Positions 21,271 through 34,049 of a DNA stretch of 64,000 nt are shown here, piece by piece (position 1 is the stretch's first letter; the number at the start of each line of letters is the position of its first letter). The position numbers were made by a program, and so were the translations under genes. Under the pieces are notes generated by a model that worked only from the letters and a program-made list of their open reading frames with translations, did not search any database and had not been told where the DNA came from. The stretch is from Paragordius varius (Eukaryota; Animalia; Nematomorpha), in NCBI GenBank assembly GCA_964247055.1, contig OZ176052.1, positions 12,338,001 to 12,402,000 on the forward strand, given 5' to 3'.

Positions 21271-22579
21271 TTTTAGATATCGGCTTTCAAAATTATTTTC
21301 GCTCTTCTAATATGGCTAGTTTTCTTTAAACGCAAAATGCTCAGATTAGACGATATAAATTTTAAATATATGCTAAATTTTGGTATCAAAATAAATATTT
21401 TAAAAATTTTATAGTTCAATTGATAGAAAAAATTCATTAAAGCGTACTTCTAACTATTATGAGGCTTGATGTGAACGGTATAAAAACGCTTTTAGATATT
21501 ATAAAAACAATTTTTCTCTAAAATTAAAGGATGCTGAATATTTTTATCACCTTAGGTTGCTTTCCAATTTTTGTGTTTTGTAAAAAATTCCAACTATATT
21601 TGACAAAAATTTGAAGACGAACGAATATTTTAATCAAAATTGAGGTGATAGAAATGTTTAGCATCGAATATAGAAAAAGTGTTTTTTGTATAATGTTGAG
21701 CCCAGTAAAACATTTTTGTTGATGAAACCATTCGCCCTTTAACAATCTCTATTATTTTACTACCTTAGTATACAATATAACATATTATTTTAAATTGATT
21801 ATCATTATTATATAAATTTATAATAAAAATTCTTTACATTAGTTAATAGTGATGTAACCTTTAGCGTTTATTAAACAAAGATTTGAAATTTTACATAATT
21901 AATTTTAAGAAATTTTTGCGAATCAAATTATTTGCGGGTTTAAGGAATCGATATATTTAGAATTTATATGCATTGTTCTTAAAAATTAGCAGAGTTTTTC
22001 AATTATCTCTTTTGAATCCACCCAATTTTTAAATTCAATTTTTGAAAATTGCAATTTAAAACTATTTTTAGTTGATCAAAATTTAGCATATATATTATCG
22101 CTTAATCCCAGCATTTATACATTTATTCTAAAAGAACTTAGACCATTTTAGACGAGCTAAATTTGGTATTTTCGAAGCCCACATAGAAAAATTAAATAAA
22201 TTCGTTTTGATTATTTCACCAAAGTAATTTTATTAAAAATGTGAGCATAATTTTTTCTAATATGGCTTACCACAAATAATTAACTTTCTATAACTCTTAC
22301 GGAACAAAATTAAAGGCACTATTATTTCCATTTCACACGACTATGATAATTATTAATTCATTTACTAAAATATAATTTCAATTAAATAGATTACTTGTGT
22401 ATTTTAAACAATCATGATAATTTTACACAATTGCCGATGGAATTTAATTAAAAATGAGAGGTATTACTACGCAAGAAAGAAAATAGATTACCAAGGACTC
22501 TAAATTTACACTGCTTAAAAATTTTATACTACCTAAAATCATATTTAAGATATTTGTCCCATTATTATATATGATTTAA

Positions 22580-23159
22580 CACTTCGATTCAAATTGGGGT
22601 ATCTAAATACCCCAGACTAAATTTAAATTAAAATTTTTTAAAAAACTACTGAAGGAAACGGTCCCAATTTAAATTTATGCTTCTATCCTGATAAATATTA
22701 TATAAATATGCCAAAATATCTTGATAAAATTTTGTTTTGAAAAAAAAGTTCCATCACAAACTACTTCGACGCCATTTTTATTTCGCAAAAATTTTGCAAA
22801 ATATCGTCTTCATTTAATTTTAAGGGTAAAACTAAAGCTTATTTTTAATATAAATTACATCTAACATTGATAGAAATACAAATAGCGGTTTATTTTGTAT
22901 TATTTTTTAATTTTACAATTTGACACATGTCACGTTGACTAAATTTTTACCTTTCAGTTTTAGCTCAAAATAAGTAATATCAAGTATTTTTGAATAAAAT
23001 TTTTTATATATTTCGGTTTATTAATGTTATATAAGTGCAAAATTTTGCCATGGTTTTGATTGCTTCCATACTTTTTAAAGTATTTGATTTTAAACAGGCC
23101 TGGGGTATCCTACCCCAATTTGAATCGAAGGACTAAAATGAGTGTGTTGCATCCAAGTG
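22580..23159 (-). mobile_element. piggyBac-like MITE copy F (intact)
   Basis: TTAA at 22576-22579 and 23160-23163; full reverse-orientation copy of 580 bp. Confidence 0.95.
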
Positions 23160-23270
23160 TTAATTATTTGTTCTTAAATTATTAATTATTTATTAAATAA
23201 TGCTATCTCTGGGATAAGAGAGGTTTTATCATTTGTGTACTCTTATAAGCACATTATAATATGAGGCTGC

Positions 23271-25815
23271 ATGATGTATTGCGGGTTATTAATGCTAATA
23301 TCGCTGGATGGATTTATGTGGAATTATTTGGAAAAGCATGGGATCAATAACTTTCCAACCTTTGCAAAAATTATTAAAAATGGGACAATTGCAAAGCATG
23401 TAAAACCTCAGTTTTTGACAAAGACTTTCCCCAATCATTATACTATTGTTTCAGGGATATATCAGGAATATCACGGAATCGTTAATAATAATATGTACGA
23501 TGAAAGATTTAATTTAACATTTAAACCAGGTGATACCGATAAGATTTGGTGGGAAAATGCCCCAGAACCTATATGGAACACCAATCAACAAGCCAGCACA
23601 CATTGCTTGAACAAAAGTGGTGTATATATGTGGCCAGGCTCAAACGTAAAAATACATAAACAATTGCCCTCACGATATTTAAACTTTTCCAAAAAAGTTC
23701 CACTTGCTCAAAAATTTAAGCTTGCAATCAATGCTTTAAGCAAAAATGAAATTAATTTAGCCGTAACATATCATCATGAACCCGATCAAACAGGCCATCT
23801 TTTTGGTCCCAACTCTCTCAACGTTGCCGATCAAATTAAAATGATTGATAAAGATTTGGAGTATTTGTTTGCACTCATAACCGAACACGGTTTATCAAAT
23901 GTGCTCAATATTATTATAACAAGTGATCATGGTATGACCCAATTAAATAATGACAACAAAGTAATCCTTTCCGATCATATTGACGTTGCAAATAAAGAGG
24001 TCATATTTAGCGGATCTTCTCCAACTTGGAACATTTTCTCTAACAATAGTTAATCTTTTTATCTTAACGCATAACTGAATTTTAAAATTATTTAATGTTC
24101 TACATATATTAGGGGGTGGTATATTTGTTAAAATAGGAATTTTATTTTAAAAAACATAATTATTTCAATTTTAATATTATTTGCTTTTAAATTTGTTTTT
24201 TATTTTAAATCATATATATTACCCGTTATAATTTTAAATTTGATTGGTAACATTTATTTTATATATTTGTATTATTTAGATTTATGCAATCTCAATTAAC
24301 ATTTTTCAAATTTCCCCCTAAAAATAAATTATCTGTGTTTTAACTAATATAACTCATTCAACCTTTATCAACCTTTAATAATATAAAATGTATCTTCATG
24401 GCATAGTTTATTATTTTTTCGGTAATTTTAATTTAAATCAAAGTTTTATTATTTAAAAATATATGAAAATATAAGTAATTATTAATCTTAATGAACATAT
24501 AATTTTTTGAGGGTGAATTTGAATTGTAAATGGTATATTACCAATGCATATCTTATTTGATTATATTAATACAGTAAGAATACAGACTCTTAAATACTAA
24601 AAGATTTTTTTAAATCTTGATTTTTTTAACATATAAAATCATGGATTGGGGTTTCGAAATCAAGATTAGAGTTCTAAATTGCTAATGCACTCAATTATAA
24701 TAATTTAAAATTATATTTTATGCAAAAAGGATAGAAAAAGTATGAAAATCTTTATAAATAATATACTGTTATGTTGTTACATTTCCTATATAATTTCAAT
24801 ATTTACTCTAAATTAAAACTTACTTTTTGCATTTTTTACAGGTCAACTTATCAATCATATCAAACAAGTATTTGGCGCTAAATCTTTCGAGGGAAAACTT
24901 AAAATCTTTGCCAAACATGAAATTCCAGATCGTTGGCATTACAAAAAACATTGGAGAATAGGGGATTTGCTTATTGTAGGGGAACCGGGTTGGAGTATTT
25001 TTTTGCATCCAAGCAAATTTTTTGCAAAATTGCAAAATGGTATCACACAAATGTTATATCTATAAAAATTTTGTTTTTTGTTAAACTTCATATTATATTT
25101 TAGGTAACCATGGTTACGACAATGAATTGCCTGACAGTTGGCCAATATTTTTAGCGACAGGACCAGCTTTTCGCAAAGGTTTTGTTTCAGAACCAATCAA
25201 TAACATTGATATTTATGAACTCATGTGTGCCATATTGAATGTTAAACCTGCCCCTAATAATGGCTCGATTCATCGAATTAAGCATTTACTTACACAAGTT
25301 TATACAAATTGTTTTCTTACATAAAAATTAGTAAAATAAAGAATTTTTACTATAAAGAAAATCTTATTTTTTAAACTGTGCTTTTTCGAATTTAAGCCTC
25401 TGTTTTGGGTTGCAAAAAAAGGGATAGAGATAGATATAAATTTTTAGCATACACTTTTATATTTCACATTGTAATGATTTAGGATGTATAGTAAATTGTT
25501 TTCTATATAAAAATGAATTTTAGCCTTTTACCTTTTATTTGTCCTTATCATATAAATTTTACTGTATTTGTTTTATAATTTAGTGAGAAATTAGTAAAAA
25601 CAATGTTAGAACAGTAAATCAATTGATATTTTGCGGTCGATATATCATATATAATATTTTGTTTTTAATATACATTTATCAAATAGGATTATAATAGTTC
25701 ATCCAATTATCGGGCGGCCAAAACAGATCTCAAATTTATAAATCATAGCTGTCACCTTGAAAATTTTGTATGGATTACAAGCGCCCTAACTTTATTATGC
25801 AACCTTTTCTATTAA
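23271..25815 (+). CDS. ENPP4/5/6-like paralog B; exons 23271-24048, 24842-25039, 25104-25297, 25687-25815
   Basis: Same motifs and same three intron positions and phases as paralog A; last exon DYNSS...FVWITSALTLLCNLFY* aligns with the paralog A tail. Confidence 0.9.
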
Positions 25816-26399
25816 TTTTTTTATGGCCAATGTGTATTTGATTTGTACTTAATTTTAGAATATATTTTATTATATGCTTTTAAGTATATTTTTTACAAAT
25901 TACCACTGTTTATATAAATTAATAGAATTTTAAGCTACAAATTGCGTTGTTTAATGCACGCATGATAATATGCAAAGTTTTAATAAACATATTTAAAAAG
26001 CATATATATATTTTAACAAAGGTATGAGAAGTACTTTGTAAATCATCAATTCAGTTTTTCCTTATCATGAAAGTACACTTAATATATCAACAGGATTTAT
26101 ACAAGTTTTTTGTGAAAATATTTCAGTTATGGTTATATTTTTTCAGATTATTATGTGTATCAATGTTTTTATACTACATGATGGTAAAAGTAATTTATAT
26201 AATCCAATTTTTATATTTACAAGTGTATATCACGCAACACACAAATTTTAAATAATTTATAACTACGATTTATTTTTTATCTTTATAAACAAATACATAA
26301 AAAATTTATTAATTTAGGCACATAAACGGGTAATAAATATTCTCAAACAGCATAATAAATTTTAATTCACGGGTTTCTTTATTCCTAATATATTATCTT

Positions 26400-26705
26400 A
26401 TCGACAGGTTTAACTGAATACTCTTGTGTCAACAGGTTTTCACGCGTGAGAGCGGTCATGTTGTCAACAGCTTCAAGCTTTTATTTTGCCAGTTCTCTCT
26501 TTATTGTGTCCATCCATTTCGTTTTCGGGCGCCCACATCCTGGCTTTCCTTTTACTCTATATGATTGTCAGCAATATAATGAGGATCCGTTCTATCAATG
26601 TGCTCAACATGGTCATTTTTTGTTTTTGCTACCTGTTAATAAAATCATTAGTCCCACAAATATATCTATTCATAATCTTGTTGTTTCTTGATGCCCCTGA
26701 CATAC
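26400..26705 (-). mobile_element. 3' fragment of an RTE-like LINE
   Basis: Minus-strand translation ...VKGKPGCGRPKTKWMDTIKREL..., typical of RTE ORF ends. Confidence 0.6.
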
Positions 26706-27770
26706 AAAGCATTTTCATTCCTGTAACCTTAAAATGGCCTATTTAGGATTTTTTCTAATTAAATATGATCGGATGAATGATATTTATAGGAAAATGATTT
26801 ATGATCGGATGAATGATATTTATAGGAAAATGATTATAAGAATTTTCTAAAACCGGTTCCAGGTGTTTTTAAATGCCCTAGTCTTAAATTAAATTAATTA
26901 TTGAATTTACGGTTTAACCGCCCATGTATTGAAAAGTGCCCTAAAACGAACGGTCAAAAATATTTCAAATAATAAATTATGCCTAAATAATGAATATAAT
27001 TGCAATCAAACCAGAGGAATAAAGTTTTTAAGTTTTTTAAAAGTAGATCTATGTTATAAGTTTTTTGGCCTAAACGACTCCGAATTGGAACACCTGAAAA
27101 TATTATCATTAATTATTATGTTTAGATTTTTTGGAATGCTATAGAACCGAGAGCCATATTAGTTTGGACCGAATTTGCATTAAAAGCCAAAATACTATTT
27201 CCTGGAGAGTATGTTAAATATAATTGAATTACCCGATTAAAAATGATATTAAGAGTCATTATTATATTTTTTAATTATCAAACACCACTTTAAAGTAAAA
27301 ATCAGTAGTAGTTCATTTCATTACTAATTTATTCTATTTCAAATTATCGTTTTGCTTTGTTATGCTTTGTAGCATGCTATAATGCAGTGGTATTTGAGGA
27401 CATAAAATTCTTGAATTTGAGCAATTTAAACATATACACAAAAAACGACATAATATCGGTGATCACAACCCAAACTTTGATAATATTTTATTAATTCAGG
27501 ATTAAAATTGTAAAAAATATAGGGACTTCATCATACGAAAACGATCAAAACAAGAAGAGCCATAGCCAGAAATGGAGAAAATTATAAAGGGAATCTGCTG
27601 TATTGTTTAAGTCATGAAAAGATAAGAATAGAACAACCACTTAAAAAACGTCTTTCATAAAACATAGTTAATTCTGAAAACGATTGCCAAAATATTCGGT
27701 TAACATTTGTTTAATATAGAAACACTGAAATTGAACAGGGCAAATGGGGAAGAATGATTTATAATTTTGA

Positions 27771-28022
27771 TATACCATTTACACTTCAAATCCTTTATTC
27801 AAATTCACCCTCGAACGATTCAAATAATCCTAAAAATAAATTGTGTTTTCGGACTAATATAGATCATTAATATAGATTATTTCTTTATGGTATTGTCTAT
27901 TATTCTTTGAGTATTAAGTTAATCTTAAACGAAATGAATATAAATATAGGTAATTCTTAAAAACATATTTATATAAGGATAATTAAGTTGTTAAGAGTCA
28001 ACTTGAGGTGTAAATGGTTTAT
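27771..28022. mobile_element. Small TIR element (MITE); related ends at 24509-24538 and 49624-49846
   Basis: Imperfect inverted termini TATACCATTTACACTTCAA / TTGAGGTGTAAATGGTTTAT; motif AGGGTGAATTTGAA.TGTAAATGGTATA recurs at 24510 and 49817. Confidence 0.5.
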
Positions 28023-28986
28023 TAACTAATATATTAGAATTGTATTAGTATTAGAGAGGTCGACAACATCCATATTAAGTATATAATATTATAGTTTCAA
28101 ATATAAAGAGAGAAAAGGCGGTACAAAAATTTAGTTTAAATTTTTAAGATTTCGTCCTCTCGAAACCGAAAAAAATATTGATCATATGCCTAAGTTAGAA
28201 TGATCGGGTGATTGTGTTTTGTTGAACTATTATCTGCTAGGAAAAATGAATAAGGCCATGAATTCTTAAAATAAGTCTAATAGTTTTTTTCAAAAAACGC
28301 TAATTATTAATCAAAACTAGTTAATATTGGTTATTTTTTTAAATTGCAGGAGAAAATTATAATTAATAAAAAGAAACAAAAAGGGTACCCTCTTTTAAAA
28401 AATATATTGCAGTTAACGGGCTTGATCTAAGTTTTTTCTGAAGTACACCAGTTTTTCCAACATATGACTATGGTGACAAAAATGATGGATTGAGGTAATT
28501 AAAAAATTGGCCAGAATAAACAATAAATAAGAAGACTAAATAGATGGAAAATTAACAAGGTTACCTAAAACAAAGAACCTATATAAACAAAATGAATATA
28601 ACCGAGTTATGTAACATATTTTTGGATAAAATTATAGTTTATATAAAATTTCATAACAAATCAATTAGAAAAATCTGTCTCAACCTATATTGAATAAATA
28701 CAACCTTAAACGTTCGATTTAAATATTTGCTTGAAACAAAATGAAGATATATATAAATCTAAAACAGCTCATTCCAAAACATATTTAAAAAGTCGAAAAT
28801 AATTATTATACCAATGAATATTTAAATAGGAATACTATATTGTTGGGAAAGAAAAGATTAGAAGACATTTATTTAAACTGTTGTCTAATGAAAACTATTT
28901 AGATGAGAAACAAAAAAGCTTGAAGCACTGAAAAATATATGAAATGGATATTGAGAAAATGATAAAAAGAGTGGAAAAGAAATGTA

Positions 28987-30519
28987 TTAAAAAATCATAG
29001 GACTGAATGAAATGCGTATATATTTTTCTTTGTTGTGCTTTCCATCATAATCTGGTTTGGCAACGGTGTTATTCAGCAATACAAGTGCTTTAATTCCGTC
29101 CTCAATTTTTGGTAACCGAACCAAAGCCATACTTCTAGAAGATGGCATAAACTTGAAACGCTCAACGTCAAAACCATCTTTGTGAAACATATCTTTAATA
29201 TCATCCTCCGTAACGTTAGATGGTATATTAGAAATGTGCAATACATTACTTGGTCGACATAAGTTTTGATAATTTTTGCTACCTACTTTGCGGTACCTAT
29301 GAAGGGATGAATTGGAGTAATCTTTGGTCAAGCAGAGATTTTCTTCGCCGCGCATTGGAGTAGCTGGCGCAACTATTTCATCATGCTTAGAAGTTTGTAT
29401 TTTTATTGGACGATCAAACACAATAGAATTATTTAAGAGATCTAAAACGTGGGCGGCTTGAGTTCTGTCCATCATTTGTACAAGTGCGGTGTCACGCTTA
29501 TTATACAAAATCTTAACTTTGGCAACATCCCCAAAAGCACCCAACAATGAAAATAACCGATCAGGATCTGACATTTCTGAAGCGAGATTACTTATCAGAA
29601 GAACAGAAGTATCCGGTTTTTGAGTTGGACCGTCGCCTAAAGATCTTCGATTATGATCACGACCACGAGGTGAAGGGGAACGTCGACTCGAATGAAAATA
29701 GTCTGACTCTCTACGAGATCTGTCATTATTGAATCCGTTTTTGTTCACAGCAGTTACAGAACTAAGGTTAGCTGCGGCAGCTCCAAAAACATTTTGAATT
29801 AATTGCGGGCCAAGTAAAGATGCTAAGGGATTCAGAATGTTTTGATCTGGTAGGCTTGACATAAGGGGCAAAGGCCGCGATGCAGTAGATATTGGATCAA
29901 GCGTAAAATCCCGACAATTTGGGTCATTTGGAATAATGTTAATATCATTTCGTTTATGAAAATCGATAGAAAGTCTGCAACAATCATTGTATATATACTG
30001 ACCGTCAAGTGCGGTGCGAGCTTTGGAAGCAGAGTATGAATCTGGATATTGAATCAAAGCAAAAAAATCACCGTATTTTTGAAACATGGCAATTTTTATA
30101 ACATCCCCATGTTTAGAAAAAATTTGGTGCAAAATTTCAATTGTTATCGGAACCGTTTTTAAATCTATCCGAACTAAAAGTACAGGACAAGGTTGAACTT
30201 TGCTTGGTAATTGATTTGATGATCCATCTTTGTTTGAAATGTAGAACTTTTTTCCTTTGTAATGAATATCAAAATAATTAAAATATTTTTTTAATGCAGT
30301 AGCGGCGTATTCAGTTTCCATCTCAACAGTGGCTTCAGACTTATTTTTGAAAATCACTCTTCTAACAGGACCAAAAGGTGCGCACAAATATTCTAAATCC
30401 CTTTCATCTGCATCAGGTGGAATATTTTCTATATCGACTATATTCAATGTTTCATCGAACTTCCGTTTAAAAGTATCTGGAGAATGGCCTGAGCCATTTT
30501 GAAAGCTTCTATTACTCAT
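28987..30519 (-). CDS. PTBP1: Polypyrimidine tract-binding protein (PTB/hephaestus-like), 510 aa, single exon
   Basis: Four RRMs in PTB arrangement: LHQIFSKHGDV...LDGQYIYNDCCRLSIDF (RRM2), SVLLISNL...VKILYNKRDTALVQM (RRM3), LTKDYSNSSLHRY linker, LHISNIP...RISFS (RRM4). Symbol denotes the family, not proven orthology. Confidence 0.92.
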   Translation of the reverse strand: MSNRSFQNGSGHSPDTFKRKFDETLNIVDIENIPPDADERDLEYLCAPFGPVRRVIFKNKSEATVEMETEYAATALKKYFNYFDIHYKGKKFYISNKDGSSNQLPSKVQPCPVLLVRIDLKTVPITIEILHQIFSKHGDVIKIAMFQKYGDFFALIQYPDSYSASKARTALDGQYIYNDCCRLSIDFHKRNDINIIPNDPNCRDFTLDPISTASRPLPLMSSLPDQNILNPLASLLGPQLIQNVFGAAAANLSSVTAVNKNGFNNDRSRRESDYFHSSRRSPSPRGRDHNRRSLGDGPTQKPDTSVLLISNLASEMSDPDRLFSLLGAFGDVAKVKILYNKRDTALVQMMDRTQAAHVLDLLNNSIVFDRPIKIQTSKHDEIVAPATPMRGEENLCLTKDYSNSSLHRYRKVGSKNYQNLCRPSNVLHISNIPSNVTEDDIKDMFHKDGFDVERFKFMPSSRSMALVRLPKIEDGIKALVLLNNTVAKPDYDGKHNKEKYIRISFSPMIF

Positions 30520-30733
30520 GTGTATGAATGAAGGAAAACAAAAATGCTTATGAACGACAGAACTATATTTAATTTGCTAATGTTATCTTTTGTCATTTTC
30601 ATGTAAAATCAATATATAAATAAAAATAAATACTTATGCATAACAATATACAAAAAAATATTAAACAAATGCTAAAACTGTAATTTAATTAATTTTCCAC
30701 TTGTCATTAAGCTAACTCTAATATGGTATTAGG

Positions 30734-30737
<4 letters not shown>

Positions 30738-30772
<35 letters not shown>
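30738..30772. repeat. (TA)n microsatellite
   Basis: 35-nt perfect TA run about 220 bp upstream of the PTB start. Confidence 0.95.
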
Positions 30773-30775
<3 letters not shown>

Positions 30776-31384
30776 AAATATATAATATTCCAGCTATAAG
30801 GATGCGAAGGTAAAAATTAGTAACATTATAAAGTGGTTAAAATTTTATTTTATTTTTATCTTAACACTTCATATCTTTTGTGGTAGTTGTATATACCGGA
30901 ACCATTTAATACTCAAGTAACTTAAAAAGTATATATTAGGCCATATAAAACTATGCTTTTGAGGCATGCTTCAAAAAAATATTTTCAAAAGAGTAATAAA
31001 AACTTTTCATCTAAAACTTTCGTCGTCATTTTCTTTCTTTCAATTTTTGAAAATCGCAAATACGACAGCAATAAATGAATACGCTTACAAAATATAAAAA
31101 AAACTTAAGTAAATATTCAGATTGCATATCCACCAAAAACTTGATATTGTAATTTCATAATAAGCTCATCGTTCATAAGTGTCCTAATTTTAGATTCTGA
31201 AAGTTGCAAAGCTGTAATAAAACTTTTATATCTAATAAAGGGAAACAATGTTTGAATTTAAACTAATTTACAAAATTAAGCTCTGGGATATAAAGAGGCA
31301 TCAAAAAATAATATGGTATTTAAAACGAAATTGTGTTTGTTATTGCTACGGCCGAGGTCGAATTTTCAATAATGTATGACTAAT

Positions 31385-31580
31385 ATAGATTGCGATTTTT
31401 AGTTATAGTTGAGTTTTAAGGTTGCATTGGTTTCTTGTAGAATATTCCATCCACCTTATTTTTCTTCGGCCTCTTTTACGTGTGCAACTTTTCCCAAAAT
31501 CAAGGACTTTTCCAGTGAGTTAGATGATAATGCGGCCAAAGTAGGATAGTTTGATGCGGATGGATATTACAACTACTGTT
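31385..31580 (-). mobile_element. 3' fragment of a BovB-like RTE LINE
   Basis: Minus-strand remnants IKLSYFGRII and RKRGRRKIRWME parallel the LINE B C-terminus. Confidence 0.55.
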
Positions 31581-32092
31581 AAAGTGCAGATTGAGAGTTT
31601 TGTTTCAACTATATTGTGCTAAATAATGATACTGTAAACATAAAAACGTGTATTATCCAATTATATAAATTTAATGTTATATACTATTTGTCAAAAACTC
31701 TTTATTTTCTTTTTAAATCAAAAATAAATGGATGATTAATTTCAAAAATCCTGATAATTGTAATGTAATAAAGTTTTAAGACTCCATAACCGGATAGTTT
31801 TTTAACATAGCGATTTATAATTTGAGGATGAAAAGTACTTAAGGTATTAGGCCGAATTTAAAAATATGCTTTCCTTAAATCCTTAAGTCCATAATACAAA
31901 TATTTAGTCTAAAAAATCCTCGTCTCAAACTTTTTCAACATCATTTTTTCTTATTAAATCGCTACAACACGCAAATACATGTATATTATGGTTAGAAAAG
32001 TAAAATAACTTTAGTAAGCTTTTAAGTTTTATCAGCCAAAACTAAATATTTATTGATTTTGATATCAGCTGTTTAGTATGATCATGTTTTGA

Positions 32093-32661
32093 CACATCGA
32101 TTTAAATTGGGGTATCTAAATACCCCAGATTTAATTTGAGTTAGTAAAAAAACTACGGAAGGAAACGGTACTAATTTAAATTTATGCTTCTATTCTAATA
32201 AAAGTTATACAAATATTCCGAAATATCTAAATAAAATTTTGTTAAAAAAAGTTTGTCAAGCTACTTCGACGCCATTTTTATTTTACAAAATTTTTGCAAA
32301 ATAGCGTCTTCATTTAATTTTAAGGGTAACATTAAAGCTAATTTTTTATTTCAATTACATCTAACTTTGATTGAAATAGAAAAAGCGGTTTATCTTGTAT
32401 TAGTTTTCAATTTTACTATTGCACACATGACACGTTGACTAAATATTTAGCTTTCGATTTTAGCTTAAAAGACATAATATCAAGTATTTTTGAATAAAAT
32501 TTTTATATATTTCGGTTTATCGATGCTATATAAGTGCAAAATTTTGCCATGGTTTTGATTCCTTCCATATTTTTTAAAGAAATTAATTTTAAACTGGCCT
32601 GGGGTATTAAACTAACCCAATTAGAATCGAAGGACTAAAATGAATGTGTTGTATCCAAGTG
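32093..32661 (-). mobile_element. piggyBac-like MITE copy G
   Basis: Left end TTGA-CACATCGATTTAAATTGGGGTATCT (mutated TSD), right end GTATCCAAGTG-TTAA; colinear with copy F. Confidence 0.9.
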
Positions 32662-34049
32662 TTAAAGCTGTCCCATTCTTAACTCTAAAAATCACAAAAC
32701 ATTTAAAAATACAAACTTTTTATCTATTACGGAAAAACAATGTTTAATAATTAAATTTAACCAAAATAACTTTCAAAACAGTAGTTTATTTACGAAATAA
32801 ATCTCTGGGATATAAAACTTCCCCAATATGTCAGCGCGGATAAAAAAGTGAACAGAATTCATTAATAACGCAACGAAACTATCGGCTGAACACTTCAAAG
32901 TCAAATAAAATTTTGATTTTATAAGTTTTGTAATTTTCACAGGCTAAACTTTGATAAATCCTAAATTTTACACAAATTCTGTCAAAATAAAATTAGAATG
33001 CATATACTTCTAAATAATTTTTATGATAATATGTTTCAAACATACCAACCCTAACTATAATTAGATAAAATATTTGACGGCAAAGGTTTGAGACAGATTA
33101 TTTCAATAGTTTTGAACAAATTTTACCACGGCTTCTGGCAAAAAATGCAAATTTTAATTTGCCCCAAAAACATAGATTACCTAAATTAGGACTTTCTCTA
33201 CAGCAAAATCTAATTCAAGGTAATCAATTGTATCTAAAAGCAAAATATAGCAACATGTCAAGCCATGTGTTATTTATGGTATATTTAATCAATCCTAAGT
33301 TGTATAAGTTACTTATTAACATAAACCCCAGTTTTTCACCACATTTAAATCCCGAAATAATTATAAAGCAAAAAAATACTCAAATAAAATTTAAATGTGC
33401 TAGATAACTTCAGCGTCATTAAATTGTATAAAAAATTATCAATGTCATACGTGATTAAACAAATATCGATGCCATATGCTATACTTCTTTTTCGATAATG
33501 ATATTTGACGAATGTAATTAAATCTTTCTTCTACAAAACTAATTGAAATCATTTATAATTTATCGAACGATTACGGCTTTATTTAACTACGGAACAAGAG
33601 CATAAACAAATTTTGAATTATACCGATTTATAATGATTATTAAATATAATTAAAATTATATTAACAGAATATTATGGTTTAAATTAAGTTATACAGTCTC
33701 TTTCAAATATGTACCTTAATATATGTAAAGCGTTTATTAGGATGTTTTATCCGTAATTAAGACTTGGTATATTTCATCGACAAGAGAAGAGATTGATGAA
33801 TCGCACCATTTTCTCATATTAATTTTTAATTTGAAATCCGTTTAAAATCTTATACACAGTATATAAAATCAATTGTCCTAAAAATAGGTATCGTTCGTTA
33901 GGGGTAGATTGATATCAAAATAATTGAACGATTTCCAAAACGATTATTATCAGTAGTAGCGTATGGTAAACATCTACAAATGGTTCATTTTTTCTGACTT
34001 TTAACATTACTTTTGCTTATTTAAGGACTAGTTTTATGCCATACAACCA

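Noticed and set aside
26067-26255. Hydrophobic ORF as the ENPP-B terminal exon
   Set aside because: Hydrophobicity reflects T-richness; 25687-25815 aligns with the paralog A tail and this does not.
26764-26835. 36-bp tandem duplication
   Set aside because: Two units only, no spacers; simple local duplication, not CRISPR-like.
28380-28985. A-rich plus-strand stretch downstream of PTB that looks like decayed coding sequence
   Set aside because: Many stops and no recognisable motif; cannot be assigned as LINE remnant, exon or poly(A) tail.
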